Source: Bilabrum cf. latius (Eukaryota). Taken from it: DNA of 64,000 nucleotides. The position numbers and the translations under genes are program-made. The stretch spans positions 496,001 through 560,000 of the forward strand of contig OZ237743.1 in NCBI GenBank assembly GCA_965178125.1, in the 5' to 3' direction. The notes under the pieces were generated by a model that did no database searches, was not told the origin of the DNA, and was given only the letters and a program-made list of their open reading frames with translations. Of this stretch, positions 1-13,194 are shown one piece after another (position 1 is the stretch's first letter; each line of letters opens with the position of its first letter).

Positions 1-2968
1 CCCGCCGTGCCCATTGAGGCCTCGGAGCCGACGGTGCGCACCATCTCAGAGTAGGCAGACCCGGCGCCGTGGCTCTGTGACTCGGCCGACACCGCCCCGG
101 GCTGCTTGGCCATCCGCTGCCTTGACGTCTTTGCCTGCCGTTGGCGACCTTCCTGCGCCACGGCGTCCGCACCCGGCGAGAAAATGCCAGGCTCTCGCCC
201 GTGCCCCTCGCTCTCCGAGGAGTCCCTCTCCTGCATGTGCAGCTCCACGCCCACGCCAGACGCCAAGGCCTGGGTGCCCTCGGCAGATGTGAGCATGGCG
301 GCAGTGCCGTCACCGCCACCATAACCCAGGCCACCGCTCTGGTCTGCGACCTGGCTGCGGTTCCCATCGAACGAAGCCGACCTGCGGGCGGAGTTGTTGG
401 AGCCCCTGGCGCTGTCGGGCGCGCGGCCACCCGCCTGAAGGGAGGCCGCGCTCGAGGCTCGTCTGGGCGAACGCCGCGCGTTGATGCCGGTTGGAAGCCC
501 AGAGAGGGGCGGGATGCCAGTCTTGTGCGACACGAACGGCGGCACGCGCTGCAGCCCCGCGGCACCGGCAGTCCTCCCAGCACCCAGCATTTCCCCCGCT
601 GACTTGCTCTGCAGCATCCTTCGCCCGGCAGAGGCGCCCTTTTCCCTGGAACCAGGCACACTCGTCACGCCCTTGTCCCGTTCAGTGTGCTGTGGATCCA
701 GGGCCCCGCCCCTGTCCACCATCACTTCGTCTCGCAGGAACGAAGGGCCTCTCCCTGCCAGTCTGGGCATGTAGAAGCTGACACCCTGCGTGGGCAGCCC
801 GTCCTCGTCCAGCCCAAGGTCACCGTCACCACCAACCTGCAGTCTCCTCTCGCCTACACCACTCCCATCTTCATCATCTTCCCGATCCTCCTCATCGTCG
901 TAGTCCACTCGAAGCCGCCCCGCCTCCATGGCTCCATCCTCGACACCCTCCGCAGACCGATTCTCGAGGATCCTCGGCACCGCCGGGTCTACGTCCTAGA
1001 GGGCTCGGTCTACCCTGTCTCGGTCCACGTCCCCGTGCAAGGACACGGTCATACCTCGAGAGCCGGAGCTCTGGTACGGCCGGGCCTCGACACCGCGCAT
1101 GCCTGTCGGGCTCGCCGCAGACAGCGGGTTGACGGGCGGCTTCCCCAAGCGTCCAGCCCCCCCGCTCTGATTGCCCGAGGTGCTCCCGCTTCCAACCCTC
1201 TTGGGACCCGCCTTGCTGGTGTCGTCACTGGACCGGTTGGTGGCGGACTGAGACTCGCTCGATGTTCCCACGCCGACTGAGCGAGCCGGTGCCGTGCCGG
1301 TGCCAGCCCCGCCTGACCGTGAGGACGAACCAGACACCATGCCAGGCCGTCCAGGACGCATCGAGGCGCGCAAACCAGGTGAACGGGCCTGGTGCTCAAT
1401 ATCCAGGGAGATCTGAGCCACCGGCATCTCTGTCGTTGGGTCCCGGCCCACGCTGGCCAGCGGTTCGCCTGCTGCCTGCACCGTCTCGCCCTCTGGCCCG
1501 AGCTGGGTCTGGTGCACGACCCCGTAGGTAAATCGATTCTTGCCAAGGCGTCCCTGCCTGCCCGCGAGTTCGCTCGATGCGTGCTTGGTTGGTGTGAGAG
1601 GGGTGCCGTCCGCGCCCTGGTATGGCGAGTGTCTCCCGCCTACTCCCGGGCTTGCCCGGCTTCGGCCCTGCCTGAGTCCTTGCCTGTCGCTCTGGTCAAG
1701 GGCTGCACTGGCCGATAACCGCTTTTCTCTGGCTGCAGGGGAGCGCTGCTTGGGATACTCGCCCGAACCTGCCCTGCCAGCCGCACCCACCCCGAAGGAG
1801 CTAGGGTCCATCGTGTTGGGTGCGCGTGCCGAGGGGCTGCCAGACACCTGTAGCGGTGGCAGGCCCGCCCTCCTTCCACCGTACGAACCGACGGAATTCG
1901 GGCCGCCCCCGCCGACCGTTGAGCCGTCAACCACGATCTCCCCCTCGCGCGCGAACACAATCCGGTTGGCCTCCTCGATCGAAACACGCCTGGAGCGTCT
2001 GGATCGCCGCCGGCCTCCCGGGCCCGCGATCGTGGAGTGCTCGGAGCCGGTTCCCGTCCGGTAGGTCAGGTGTGTGTCTGCTGTCCTGGGCCGAGAACGC
2101 ATGGAGATGCCGGCGGCAGTCACTCCCCTCTCTCCGATACCGCCGGAGGCGCCCGGCCTGCTGCTTTCCTCGTGGACGTCTATGGCCGTGCCGATTCGGG
2201 ATCCTGTCCCTACCCTGGAGCCGGTGGTGCTCCCGGCGCCCGTGTTTGCTGCCCCGCTGCGAGATGCGTGTGACAGCCGCGACAGCCGCTTCCTCGAGGC
2301 CTGTCTCTGCTGCTCCGTCAGCTTGCCCGCCTGACTCGCCGCCGTGGCCTCGGCTGCGTCCCTCGCTGCTTCCTGCATCTGCCCCCATTCGCCTCCGAAA
2401 AACGCGGCGTCTGTTCCTCGGGGGGTGATGTGGCCCAGCGCCCTGCCGACTCCCTCCGCCGCCTGTCGCACCTGGTCTCCTCTGTGCCTTCTGCTGGCGA
2501 GCGAGGACCGGCGAGGCGTCTGACGCAGGTTGGCTGACTATCGTCGGGCGCCTCGCATCGCGGCTGGTGACTTGGGCAGGCCGATGCTGCTGGCAAACGA
2601 GCGCCGGCGCGGAATGTCCTGCCCTGTAGTTGCATCCATCCCAGTGTTGGTGTGAATGCTGTCCAGAGGTTTCTATGCATTCGCGGCATGCAGCCGAGGC
2701 CCATCCGAACTGCTGCCACCGGCGGAGATCTGCCGGACTCGGGGTGGTATGCCGCCAGCCGCGCTATTGTCAGCCACCCTGCCGGTATCCCGGCTATCCT
2801 CGGAACCTGCCAGGCCAGGGAGCCTGGCAAGCCCGCCCCTCTACTGCAGCCCGGGCGCCGCTCCTCCCACGCGGTGGGCCTGCTCAGCAGTAACCTCGAC
2901 AATCCCGCTCACATAACCACTAGCAGTTGCGTCAGCACCAGGCGTGGCCTATTGCGCCTGTGCCTCCA

Positions 2969-3031
<63 letters not shown>

Positions 3032-6000
3032 AGTAGTGGTTTTGCTACCGCCTGGTACCAGCCGCGCCCTCGTTTATCGTGTGAGAGGGAAAGTTCAGTC
3101 GCATGCCACCAGCAGGATCGTCCACCGCCTGGTACCTGTGGTCCTGGTCCGGCAGCCAGTCCGGGTGAGTGGACCGGAACTGGTATCTCTTCTGCTAGTC
3201 GCTGAGGTGCCTCTGCTGCTGCTCGAAGCGCTTCTGTTCCTCCTGCGCCGCGAAGTAGTCCTCCCGCAGCTTTGGCGCTGCGCTCGACTTGGCCGTGTCT
3301 TCGTGCACCGCCCCGATGATCTCGAATTGGTTCTTGTACTTGCGCGAGTCCAGGTCAACGACTCGGAGCACCCACACCTCCTCTTCCTCCACGCCGCAAT
3401 CGCAGCACGCCCCGCCCCTGGCCGGGAAGCAGCACGGGATGCACTGCCGGCAGCACAGCGGCAGGCGCACCCGTCCGCAGCAGCAGGTATCGGCATCTTC
3501 CAGCCCCAAGTCACCCGAGCTCAGGTCCCTGCTGTCCCCCGCGCTAGACGACGACCGCCGGCCTTCTCTGTCGGCAGCGCAGCAACCGCCCGCCCTGCAC
3601 CCGCACCAGTCGGGCAGGCACACCACGGTATCCGCCCATACGTCCCGCAATCGCATCGCAGACGCGAGCGCCAGCAGAGGCACCAGCGCGAAGGCGAGCG
3701 CGTCAAGGATCGTGGAGAAGGCAGGCAGCCACGGGTAAGGCCAAGCACCGCCGCGAGCAAAGCCCTGGCCCGCGCCCACCACGGGCTGCGACCCGAGGTA
3801 GCCCGCCCTCCCTCGACTGCCCACCTGCCAGTCCCATCGCCCCGTGGATGCAACGGCCCACCGCCAGGCCTGTGCCCTGGTCACTGCAGCCGCTTTCGAG
3901 AGGCTCGCAAACGGGCTGTACCTGGAGGAAGGCCCCTCGATCCCTGCCGGTGGTGTGGCCTCCAGCATCAGCAGCCAGTGGATGGACCGCGGCACCGACA
4001 CTGGGGAGGAGATGGGCGGTGACACCGTGCCACCCGTGGAGGTGCCTGTCACGGCGGGAGGGACCTCTGCCACGACCACTGGTAGCAGGGCTGCCGCAGG
4101 CTACCCGTGGAAGTGAGAGAGGGGGGAATACCCGTGGCTTGCGAGGCTCCACTCGTCCTGTGCTGTTGCTCTGGAGAGCAGCTAGTCCAGCCCAGAAGAA
4201 CTGGCCAAATCCGCACCGGTCCACATGTCGTGGGTACTGCTGTTGAATGCAACCCCAGCGAGATCCACAGCCACGTCACCGGAGGAGGCACTGCCGCCAG
4301 GCCCGGACAGCCTGGCCAACCGGGCCAGCACCTCTTCCTGGCGGCCCTCCACGCTCCCAAAGAAATTAGTCACAGTGCCACGACCCCCGAACGAGTTGCA
4401 AGTGTTACCATCCACAGGCACACCGATTCCGCCCCACCGCAGCGCTGGGTGGCCGCAGTTGCCAGCGTACCGTCCGAATGCGGCGTCGGCTCCTGAGTCC
4501 TTCGCGCCCTCGCTAGCCTGACCCGCGTGCCATCGAGCGCCTGCCGATGCCCGCGCCGCCAGGAAGTGTGCGGCCTTTGAAGACGCCGCGCCATTGGTAC
4601 CCACGGCTGTCCGCGCCACGAGCGCAGGCGGCACGTCGCTGAAGCCTCTAGCGAGAGAGTCCGACATGCGGGGCAGTGCAAGAGCGGCAGTGAGGCCGTG
4701 CTCGGGGCTGGCTAATTGACCGACGCTTCGATTCCTCCAGTGGGCGACCCACGCCTCGGCGTCGGTGCCGACGGTGGCAGCGGGCACCAGCACCGCGGGA
4801 TTCCCGCTCGCGCCGATCCCAGCCGCCATGGCTGCAATGTGAGCGGCCGTGAGGTCACCCGCAGCCCCGCTGCCGTAGGAGCCATCCGTGTCACCAAGCA
4901 CCTGACTCAAACCCCCCACATCCAACCCCTCCCCTGCCGAGCCAGAGGCAAACCAGCGAAGCCCTCGAGCAACCGCGTTCGAGGCAGACCCGCCTTGCAG
5001 GGTCACGGCCACGGCCATCCACACCTCACCAGCCAGAACGACCGCAGACAGCAAGCAAGCGGCAAACAGCACCGTGCTTGCAATCGATACTACTCCGAGC
5101 TGTTCGCGCACGCGTTTCCTCGCGTCAGGCCATGCAGGATGCACCAGCATCGCACCCGGATACATGCGCGACCACACGCTGCCCAAAGGATCTCCGCGGC
5201 TGTCTCGACCGGCAGGCTCCCCCGCCGCCCCATCGGGCCCCTATTCGCCCGATGCACCAGCCCCGCCGCCCATCCGAAAGTGCAGGTGCCTCTGGGTCGC
5301 GAGATAGACGCCCCCGTCCGGCTGTCGGATGGTCAGGTCCGGCGCAGCCCCCCTTTCTCTCCTTACGCCCTGCTCGGGTGCCACAGAAGTGTTGGTTGTG
5401 TCGCCCTCGTCCACGTATGCACCTGCATTTCTCATTTGCTCCCTGTCTTTCCTCTTCCTCTTCCTTGCCTCTTTTTCGAACTGCTGCAGCGCGATGCGAG
5501 CCTTCTGCGTGGCTCTCGAGGCGACGTGATGCGGCTGGGCCCCGAAGGCTTCCTCCTTCTGCTGATCGGCCATGGCCTAGCCGCGCTGCTGAGGGTAGCC
5601 CGCGGGCTAGTGCTGCTGTGAGGCGGCGTCGGCCGCACCAACTGCTACCGTGCTCGGGCCAGCAGCAGTGCGATGCACCACGTCCTGCGTGCCCGCCGGT
5701 TGCGGCGAGATGGGAGGCAGCTGCCTGCGCCCGTAGCTGCTCCTGGGCCCCGGCCCCGCCAGGGCGGCGGCTACTCGATCTGCCTGCCTTGCTTGCGGCT
5801 ACTATGGGCGGGCAGCCGCATCACCGTGCTGAGCGCGGTGCTTATGGATCATGGTGACCTGTGGCGCGGCTCCCAGCGCGGCCCGGCCGAGCAGGAGCTG
5901 CCTTCTGCTGTCGTCCTTCAATGGGAGCTGCCTTTGGTCGCTTCCACCGAGGGCCTGTCTTTGGCCAGCACCAGCAGCATCCATAGAGCCAGGCCGGCCC

Positions 6001-8108
6001 TAGTAGCCATGCTGCTGCTGCTGCTGCTGCTGCTGCATAGGCTAGCTCGGCGCGTTTCGGGAAAGAGGAGACTGCATCCTCGTGCCAGTGCCAGTGCCAG
6101 TCCCGGCGTTAGCCACGCCCGACCCCGTGGGTGACGAGGCCCAGCCAATAGCACCAAGCGGGGCACCCCCTTCATCGTACTCTGAACCCCTATCGAACTC
6201 CGTCGGAATTCCCTCCAGAGTCAGGTTTCTCTCCTGCCCCCCATCTATCCGTCGCAACTGCGGGTTCCCGATCGAGTCCCAGTCGATGGCGGGAAGCTCC
6301 GCCTCCTCTCTCTCCGCCTCCTCCTCCTCGCGCAACCGCCTGCTGCGAGCCTCCGCGTCGGCCACCCCCTGCAGGTAGCCGTTGGCCTCGGACATCACCC
6401 GCCAACCGAACCACGTGCCCGCGAGTGCCGCGACCAGCTGCGGCAACACGAACAGGACCTTCACGATCCCGGGCCCCTCAAGCACACAGCCCTCCACGCC
6501 GGGCCGCCACACGCCCGTCGCCCCGGCAAAGATCCCAAATACGATGGTGGACAGCACCCACAGCAGCAAAAAGAACCTGGCGCGAGCGGCAGCGTAGGGC
6601 GCCAGCTTATCCCCCTTTAGCTCAGTGTTGCTCATGGCCTCTTTAAGCATGTCCAGCAGCCAGATCATGACGAGCCTGGCCCCTAGGGCACAGGTCCAGG
6701 CCAGTACGCCCTGGGTGGCGCATCCCCCGCCCACCGTAACCCTGACAGTCACTGCCTTGGCCACGGCCTGAAGCGAAGACGCCACAGCCACCCGTTCGGG
6801 GTCCAGGGCAGTCGCCGAGTCCGCAGTCCACAGAGCATCAGGGGCTACCCCGGCCTGCGATCCGATGCCCGCTTCGATCGTGCAAGCGGGAAGCGGACCC
6901 GGAATCGGAATTCGCCGCGCCGCCTCGCCCTCGGCGGCCGGCAGCCCCGCCTGCATCTCTGCGGCCCAACCTACCCCGGCCGTGTCCCCGAGGGAGTAGT
7001 GGTTCACGCCGCAGCCCGCCGCCCGCAATCCGGATACACCGGGCTGTCCAGTAGCAAACCGGAACACTTCCTCCCGCAGGGCATCGGCGGCTGCGGCGTC
7101 CAGTCCAGAGGAGCCGGGGCGGCCAGCGGATGCGATCCAGCCCACGGCAGCCACCTGTAGCACGCCCCCGACCACTGACGCCACCGGAAACACGATGGAG
7201 GGCCATTTTTTGAACCGATCGTCGGCTGCCATGAGCCGAGCGCCGGCGCAGATGGACGCGATGGCGGCAAGCAGCACGGCGATTGGGACCACCACCATCC
7301 AGGCGTTGATCCACGACGCAAGGGGACCGTCGGTACCATCGGGTCCCGCCCACGCCCAGACACCGTTTTCTAACATGACTTCCTGCCCAGTTTCACCAGA
7401 TCCCGCAAGAACGGCGCCGCTCGGACCGAGCAGGCCGTCCATGTCCTCGGTGCGAGCATTGCTTGGCCGAGAACTGTTTTGCGGCGCCACGCTCCCCTTG
7501 CATCCCTCCAAGACTGCCCGCAAGGCACTCCCATCTCTTCCATCCCAGTGCAAATACTATTTGGTTATTTCTGAAACTGTCCTTCTCGCGTCTGCGAGAG
7601 CTGTGGACCTCGTTGTCGCGGTCTCAGCAGCTGCCACAGCGAGCTCGTTCGGGTCAGGCGACAGCAGCAGCGCGCTGGCACTCCCACCTCCACCCAGCTT
7701 CCATGAAATACAAGACAGATCATGTCTAGCATCGACTTCCACCGTACTTGCCCCGCTGGTCGCCAGCACTATTTGACTGCGAGTTGTGGAGCTACCGAGC
7801 AACTAGGGCTCGCCCCATTCCAACGGACTTGTCGCCGTCTGCAGCTCTGAATGCCTGTCCAGAGCAGCTTGGGAAAGCATAGAGGCATCCAAGCCGAGTG
7901 CACTGATTAGTCCAGGCACCAGGACTACAGATTGCTGTCCAGATGTACCTTGCATCTTCCGTTCAGCCGGGCCACGAACGGCCATTTCGAAGCCCTCTTT
8001 TGCCTTTCTCGGTTCGTTTGCTGTAACGGTCACTACAACAAAAAGTAGCGACAGAATTCCAGCCTTCGGCGAAGCTGCATTAAGCCTAGCCTCCGCACCC
8101 ATCGCCAT
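1..8108 (-). CDS. Very large (>2700 aa, runs off window start) 7TM GPCR-like membrane protein with signal peptide, huge low-complexity loops and polyQ C-terminal tail
   Basis: ORF fragments 7803-8132, 7557-7802, 6042-7553, 5802-5984, 5241-5573, 4182-5186, 3195-4079 and 996-2471 share one frame and each ends in TAG (18 in-frame TAG counted). N-terminus MAMGAE..GILSLLFVVVTVTA is signal-like. Seven hydrophobic segments, a TM3-start motif CATQGVL, a Cys in the loop before TM5, and a Cys cluster after the last helix. Confidence 0.65.
2970..3032 (-). repeat. (CAG)20 polyglutamine tract directly preceded by an in-frame TAG
   Basis: Plus strand (CTG)20 at 2970-3029 followed by CTA at 3030-3032; the minus strand reads TAC TAG CAG CAG... 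Confidence 0.95.
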
Positions 8109-8420
8109 TTGCGAGGTTGTTACTGATTCCACGGCGTTTGCACGGATTCAGGGCCCAAAGGCTCCCCTTGATCCAAACCGCAGGACAGATTGCCTGTAAT
8201 AGCTTCAGCAGTACGTCAACGTATGGCAAAGTATTGCTTGAAATGCCGACCAGCTCATCTCCACCGTCGCCCAGGCCCATTTGTAAAAGTTGGTCGCACG
8301 TCGTCCGGAGCTAGAATCAAAAGCAGTGAGAATTTGCTGGTCAAGTTACTCATAAGAAGGGATATAATTTGTGTTAAGCACTCTGCGAACTTGTGAAAGT
8401 GTATCATTTGTATCGGATTC

Positions 8421-9449
8421 ATGCGAAGAATCGGTTCAATATGCGGGCGTTGGGGGGGCACGTCAGCGGTGCTACGAGCCGGGGCGGGCTCTTTTCGATC
8501 CTTGAGCGACATTTCTTCCTCGATAGGAAAGAGAATACCATCATTGATAGGACCAAATGCGTATCTTACGGTAGCCAAGGTCTGGGATACATTTGTTGGG
8601 AAGACTAGGCGCCTGCCAACGGCTGGCGAGTGTTTACGATTAAGAAGGCCAGAACGACAGGTTATTTTCCATTGCTAGCCGAACGACTCGGCGCATGATG
8701 CCCTTAAAATAATGCTGGAGAACGAAATACATTGCTTGATCGTTGCAGTCGCCGCAGAGGAGGAGGTTGAAGCGTAGCCCGAGGGTTCCCACGGTGCTAG
8801 CGATGCTCTCGAGCAGCAACAACCGGAATCGTCCCGGCTGCAGCACAGACTAGAGCCGCCAATACCCCCAGATGCTTCCCTGGACGTAAGAGGCATATTC
8901 ACAGAGACAGATTTTTTGCGGCAGGTTGCACTGCCATCTCTGGATGCCCGCGAAACTCTCGTGGAGAGCGTGATGACGCCTGTGCAGCACCTCGCGTATG
9001 CCACGGAAGACAACGATGTTTCGTCGTGCTTGCAAGCCATGGCTGCACTAGGCTGCCACCACCTTCCGGTTCTTTCCCGCGAGGGTGACGACCTGCTCGG
9101 CGTCCTTTACATTGGCGAGCTGGTCGGCCTGACGAGGAAGCACCTGGAGGAGGCTGTGTCTGCGTGGGAGCTGGGGCAGGGGGTCGGGCGGGCCATCGGA
9201 GAGGCTGTGGAGCGGCTCCGAGCACCCAGCCGAGCAAACGCCGCCGGTGACTCTGCTCCCGGATCTGCTAGGGACGCAGCAGATGCTGCAGATGCCCCGA
9301 GCGCCACCATGCAAGCCGACCCGAAGCAGCAGATCAATGAACAGACGGATGGAGCCCGAAACCATGCGGCAGACACGCTGCGACACGCAGCGGGCGTTAG
9401 GTAGCGCCAAGAAGAGCGATAGCACGCCGATAGTAGCAGGAGCAGGTAA
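8421..9449 (+). CDS. Tandem CBS-domain protein, probable mitochondrial targeting peptide (CBSX3-like)
   Basis: Reading through 4 TAG gives VIFHC*PNDSAHDALKIMLENEIHCLIV (CBS1), GIFTETDFLRQV..VESVMTP and MAALGCHHLPVL..LLGVLYIGELV (CBS2). Arg/Ser-rich N-terminus. Ends TAA. Confidence 0.8.
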
Positions 9450-9610
9450 CGAAATGGCTGTCATAGTGGTCGAGGTGGTAGCAGCATGTGTTGAATGTAG
9501 GTTGCTGGCTTCTGCTGATGTATGCACGTGGGGTTGAAAACATCGTTTGCTTGTATGTCCTACATCATCATCGAAGCTCGCGCTTGCACGTAGATCTTAC
9601 GAAGCGTATA

Positions 9611-10726
9611 TCACGAGGTGGTGCCACCAGCACCAGCCCCTCCCATGGCAGCTGTAACGGCCTCCCCCCCACCGCCCCGCTCAGATATCACACCCTCCGC
9701 CCCTTCGCCTAGGTTGGCCGCCCGCACCTCGCGCGCCCAAGCAATGTACCTAGCCCTCTCTTCCTTGGCACCGGCCTGCGACACGGCGCCGCGCAGTTCC
9801 GCAGCCGAGGCCATCCTGCCCTCGTTGGCCATAGTCGAGGCGAGGACACGCATGGACCAGCAGGCGAACACGCCGCAGTCCACCGAGTTGTCCTGCTGGG
9901 GATATCCGGCTGCTTCCAGCACTGATGGGCAGGGGCGGCGCGTTGGGGCAGAGGCGGGGGCAGGGGCAGGGGCAGGGCCAGGAGCAGGGGCAGGGGCAGG
10001 GGCAGGGGCTGCTGGACCGCCTGCCCCTGCCCCCGCCGCTGCACCTGTCTTTACACTGAGAAACTCTAGGTGTGCTAGCACGGGCCACACAGCACTGGCT
10101 GCAGCCTCCGCAGCTGATCGATTCCCCGGCAAATGCGAGTCAAAGTGTATCAGCACCCACCCGTCGCCGTCCACGGCAGCGGCGTCCCTCGTGGGCAGTG
10201 CGCCCTTGCGAGATGATGCGGGCGCCTTTTCTGCGGATGGAGCAAGTGAGGAATAAGTACCGGATCCTGTACCTGCGGCAATCGCCATCTCATGCCTGTG
10301 CGGCGTCTCAGCGGCTTCGGGCACCGCCGCACGAACCGCAACAAGAAGGCTCCAATGCGTGCCTCCAACAGAGGTAAAGTCCCTTTTATTATTGACTGGA
10401 AATAAAATCATCTTTACGGGCGTTGGATCTACCTTTTCGCCGCTGCTTGACTTGGAGCAGGTGGATAGCAGCTCATCGAAAGCATCTTTCAAATCCTCTT
10501 CGTCTCCGTCGGCCATCTGAGCGCATACCATTGCAGCAGGGTCTACCATATATACATGGTCTCTGTGTTTGGCTACAGCCATATCCTTTTTGCACCATTC
10601 TTGCACGAAAGTAACGTTCTCATCAGTCAACCAGCTATTTGGGCGTAGTGCGTCTATATCCTCTTTGCTTAGCTATGCAGACCCCAGCTTACAATACTAA
10701 TCACCACGTAGCTCCATTCTGATCAT
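9611..10726 (-). CDS. SENP8: NEDD8-specific/Ulp1-family cysteine protease (SENP8/DEN1-like)
   Basis: LSKEDIDALRPNSWLTDENV, ILFPVNN..GGTHWSLLV, HFDS, PQQDNSVDCGVF (His-Asp-Cys triad motifs). The ATG (10726 or 10717) is reachable only through 2 TAG. Ends TGA. Confidence 0.85.
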
Positions 10727-10837
10727 GATTGAACGCTTGTTTATGCCCAGTCAACTGCAATATGCGAAATACCAAAGTGGCAATTCGGAGCCTTTCGCAT
10801 CAGCACCGGAACCCGTTCCCTGCCGTCATAAGTGCAC

Positions 10838-13063
10838 ATGGATCTTCGTAGAGTACGGCACGTGTCTCCAGGAAAGGGTTCCTGCTACCAGGATCTCGCT
10901 GTTAGGTTCGATGACGGGGAGTTATCTCCTTCTAGGCTCTTACAGTCCGGGATCGTCTTGCACCGCCGTGAGAACTAGTGATTGCTCTGCTCCTGTGCAC
11001 TTTAAACTCCTCACCAGTTGTAGAGTAGTTTAATTACACGATGTGACATAAGTCTCGCAGACGGCTTCCGGGTGATTGCCTTGGAGACAATTTGCCAGGC
11101 CGTGTCGGTCCCCAGCCACGAGTGCTCTATTAGAGCTCCACAAGTGGTTGCTTTGCCGTAGCTTCCGCCTTTATCAACACCGGGTGGATCGAATAGTTCT
11201 GCATCTGCTCAGTCTGTGAGGCCGCAGCCGTTGCTGGCCCCTCTGTCCGGCCGACGATTGCCAGAGGCAACTGCTGCGCGGCCTGGAGAGGAGTCGTCGC
11301 AGGACTCGAGCATGCCGGCTGGGAAAGACCCGGCCACCGCAAAACCGAGCCTCATCGCCTTGCGACGCATCACAATTGTAGAATCAGGCGAGGGTCAAGC
11401 AGATATGCTAGCCGCAGAGGGACACTTTGCCCGGCTGCGTGCCAGTGGGTACGACCTCGTCGCGCTACAGCCCGCCAGCGAAGCGTCAGCTGTCAAAGCC
11501 GCGCAAGAGGGGTGGGTGGATATCGTAGTCGCATCTACGACCGAGTCTGACGCACCGACTCTCGCCACCTGCCGAGAGAGTGCCAGTGCCAGTGGTACTG
11601 GATCGCGCGGCAGTAGCAGGGGCAGCAAGGCCCATGCAGCCAGCCGCGGGTCCGTGTCTATACGGTGGCACAAGCCATAGCTAGAAGCGATCCTTTAGGC
11701 CGGTGTACCGCTGGAGGCGCGGTATGCACGAGCAATAGCATGCAACGCAGCCCGCGCCGAGCTTCTTTAGCTGCTCGCAAGCTTGCGTCCTCTTGTGCGA
11801 GGCAGGGGTGCGTGCCTCCTTCTCTCCTCTGGGTGCTCCGACGACAGGCTTCTACGGGGTCCTCATGACATCGCTGCGGTGCTGTCTGCGGTCCCTGGGA
11901 CCGGCTTCGGATCTGTGGAGGAATGCCTCAAGGCGCAGTGGCTAGCTCCCGCAGCGCTTCTGCAGGCGGCCGAGCACCGCCGATTCCGGGCGGGGAGGGG
12001 GATCATGGACGTGACTATGCGAAAGCAGGCGGCGGCAAGCCTCAAGCCGGGTCGCAGTCAGTCGGCAGCCATCGGCGGTGCAGCGCTGCCGGGCACAGCT
12101 AAAGCTCGCGTGGTGGAGCGGGGTCAGGCCACCATGGCCGAGCTGGCATCTAGGGAACAAGGCAGCCACTTTGACCAGCTTGCCGCAGAGGCGGCAGAGG
12201 CGTCGTTGTCTGGACCTGCCAGTGGGGCGGGCGCGAGTGCTGCTGCGGGGCCGAGCGGAGGTGACTTACGCAAGGACAGCGGCACATATGGATCGGGCCG
12301 CGGCCGGTCCAAGCTGCAGGGCACGAGCACCGCTCCATGCCCGCATGCTCTGAGTCCGCTGGGCGCTGCTGTGGCAGCAGGGATCATTCAGGGGCGTGTT
12401 TCGCCGTCGACCGCTGCAAGGGGTGCGGTGTCCGTGACTGCGCTCCGTAGGGCCATCGCAGTAGTGGGGCTTGGCGAACCATGGCGGGGTGACGGTGGCA
12501 TGCCCATGTGTGCCAAAGGTGGGGAGAAATTGAGCGTGGGGGATGACAAGGAATAGGTGGCCATGCAATTATCTGATGGACCTATTAGTCGAATCGGGCG
12601 GCCCGCGGACAACCCAGCGAGTGCCGGACAGCAGCTGTCTCGTTCGCAGCGCAGGCGATTAAGGCGCAAGAGGCAACGCCAGGCAGTCCAAGCGGCTGGA
12701 TAGCAACAATCAGGCCGGGAAAAATTGGATTCTAGGGGAGCTGCTGTCCCAACCAAGGACACAGGGGCTGCAAGTGGCTCGGCGGCCATGCAGGATGGTG
12801 ACCCGGATGAGGATGGTGACGACAGCGACGAGAAGGATGCGGGCATGGGAGGGTCTGGCCTTGGCGGCTCGGCTGGAGATGCGGCGCCTGATAGTGGGGG
12901 CCTGGGCAGTCGGCTCAGGGCCATGATCGAGCAGGGCAAGAAGGACGGTACCGTGCGGGGAAGGTCGGGTGCAGTGGAGCGCACTGCCGAAGCTGCGGCG
13001 AAGGGAGACAGCGCCGCGGCGGCGATGCAAGAGGAAACGGGCTTGAAATTCGTAGATTTCTGA
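10838..13063 (+). CDS. RPP30: RNase P/MRP subunit p30 with long C-terminal extension; exons 10838-10967 and 11061-13063
   Basis: YQDLAV..HGFRVIAL, LRRITI, YDLVALQP, VDIV, AGVPLEARYARAI, LLLSSG..LRGPHDI motifs. GT-AG intron 10968-11060 with consistent phase. 6 in-frame TAG, three inside the conserved fold. Ends TGA. Confidence 0.85.
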
Positions 13064-13194
13064 GGCCGAAATGCAACAAAATGGGAAATTCCAAGCGCAC
13101 AAGCCCGGTGCACACGCATCACCACCTAATCCAATTCACGACCCAACGGGTCATCCTCCCTGCCATTGCCCCACAACCCACGACAAACTAATCG

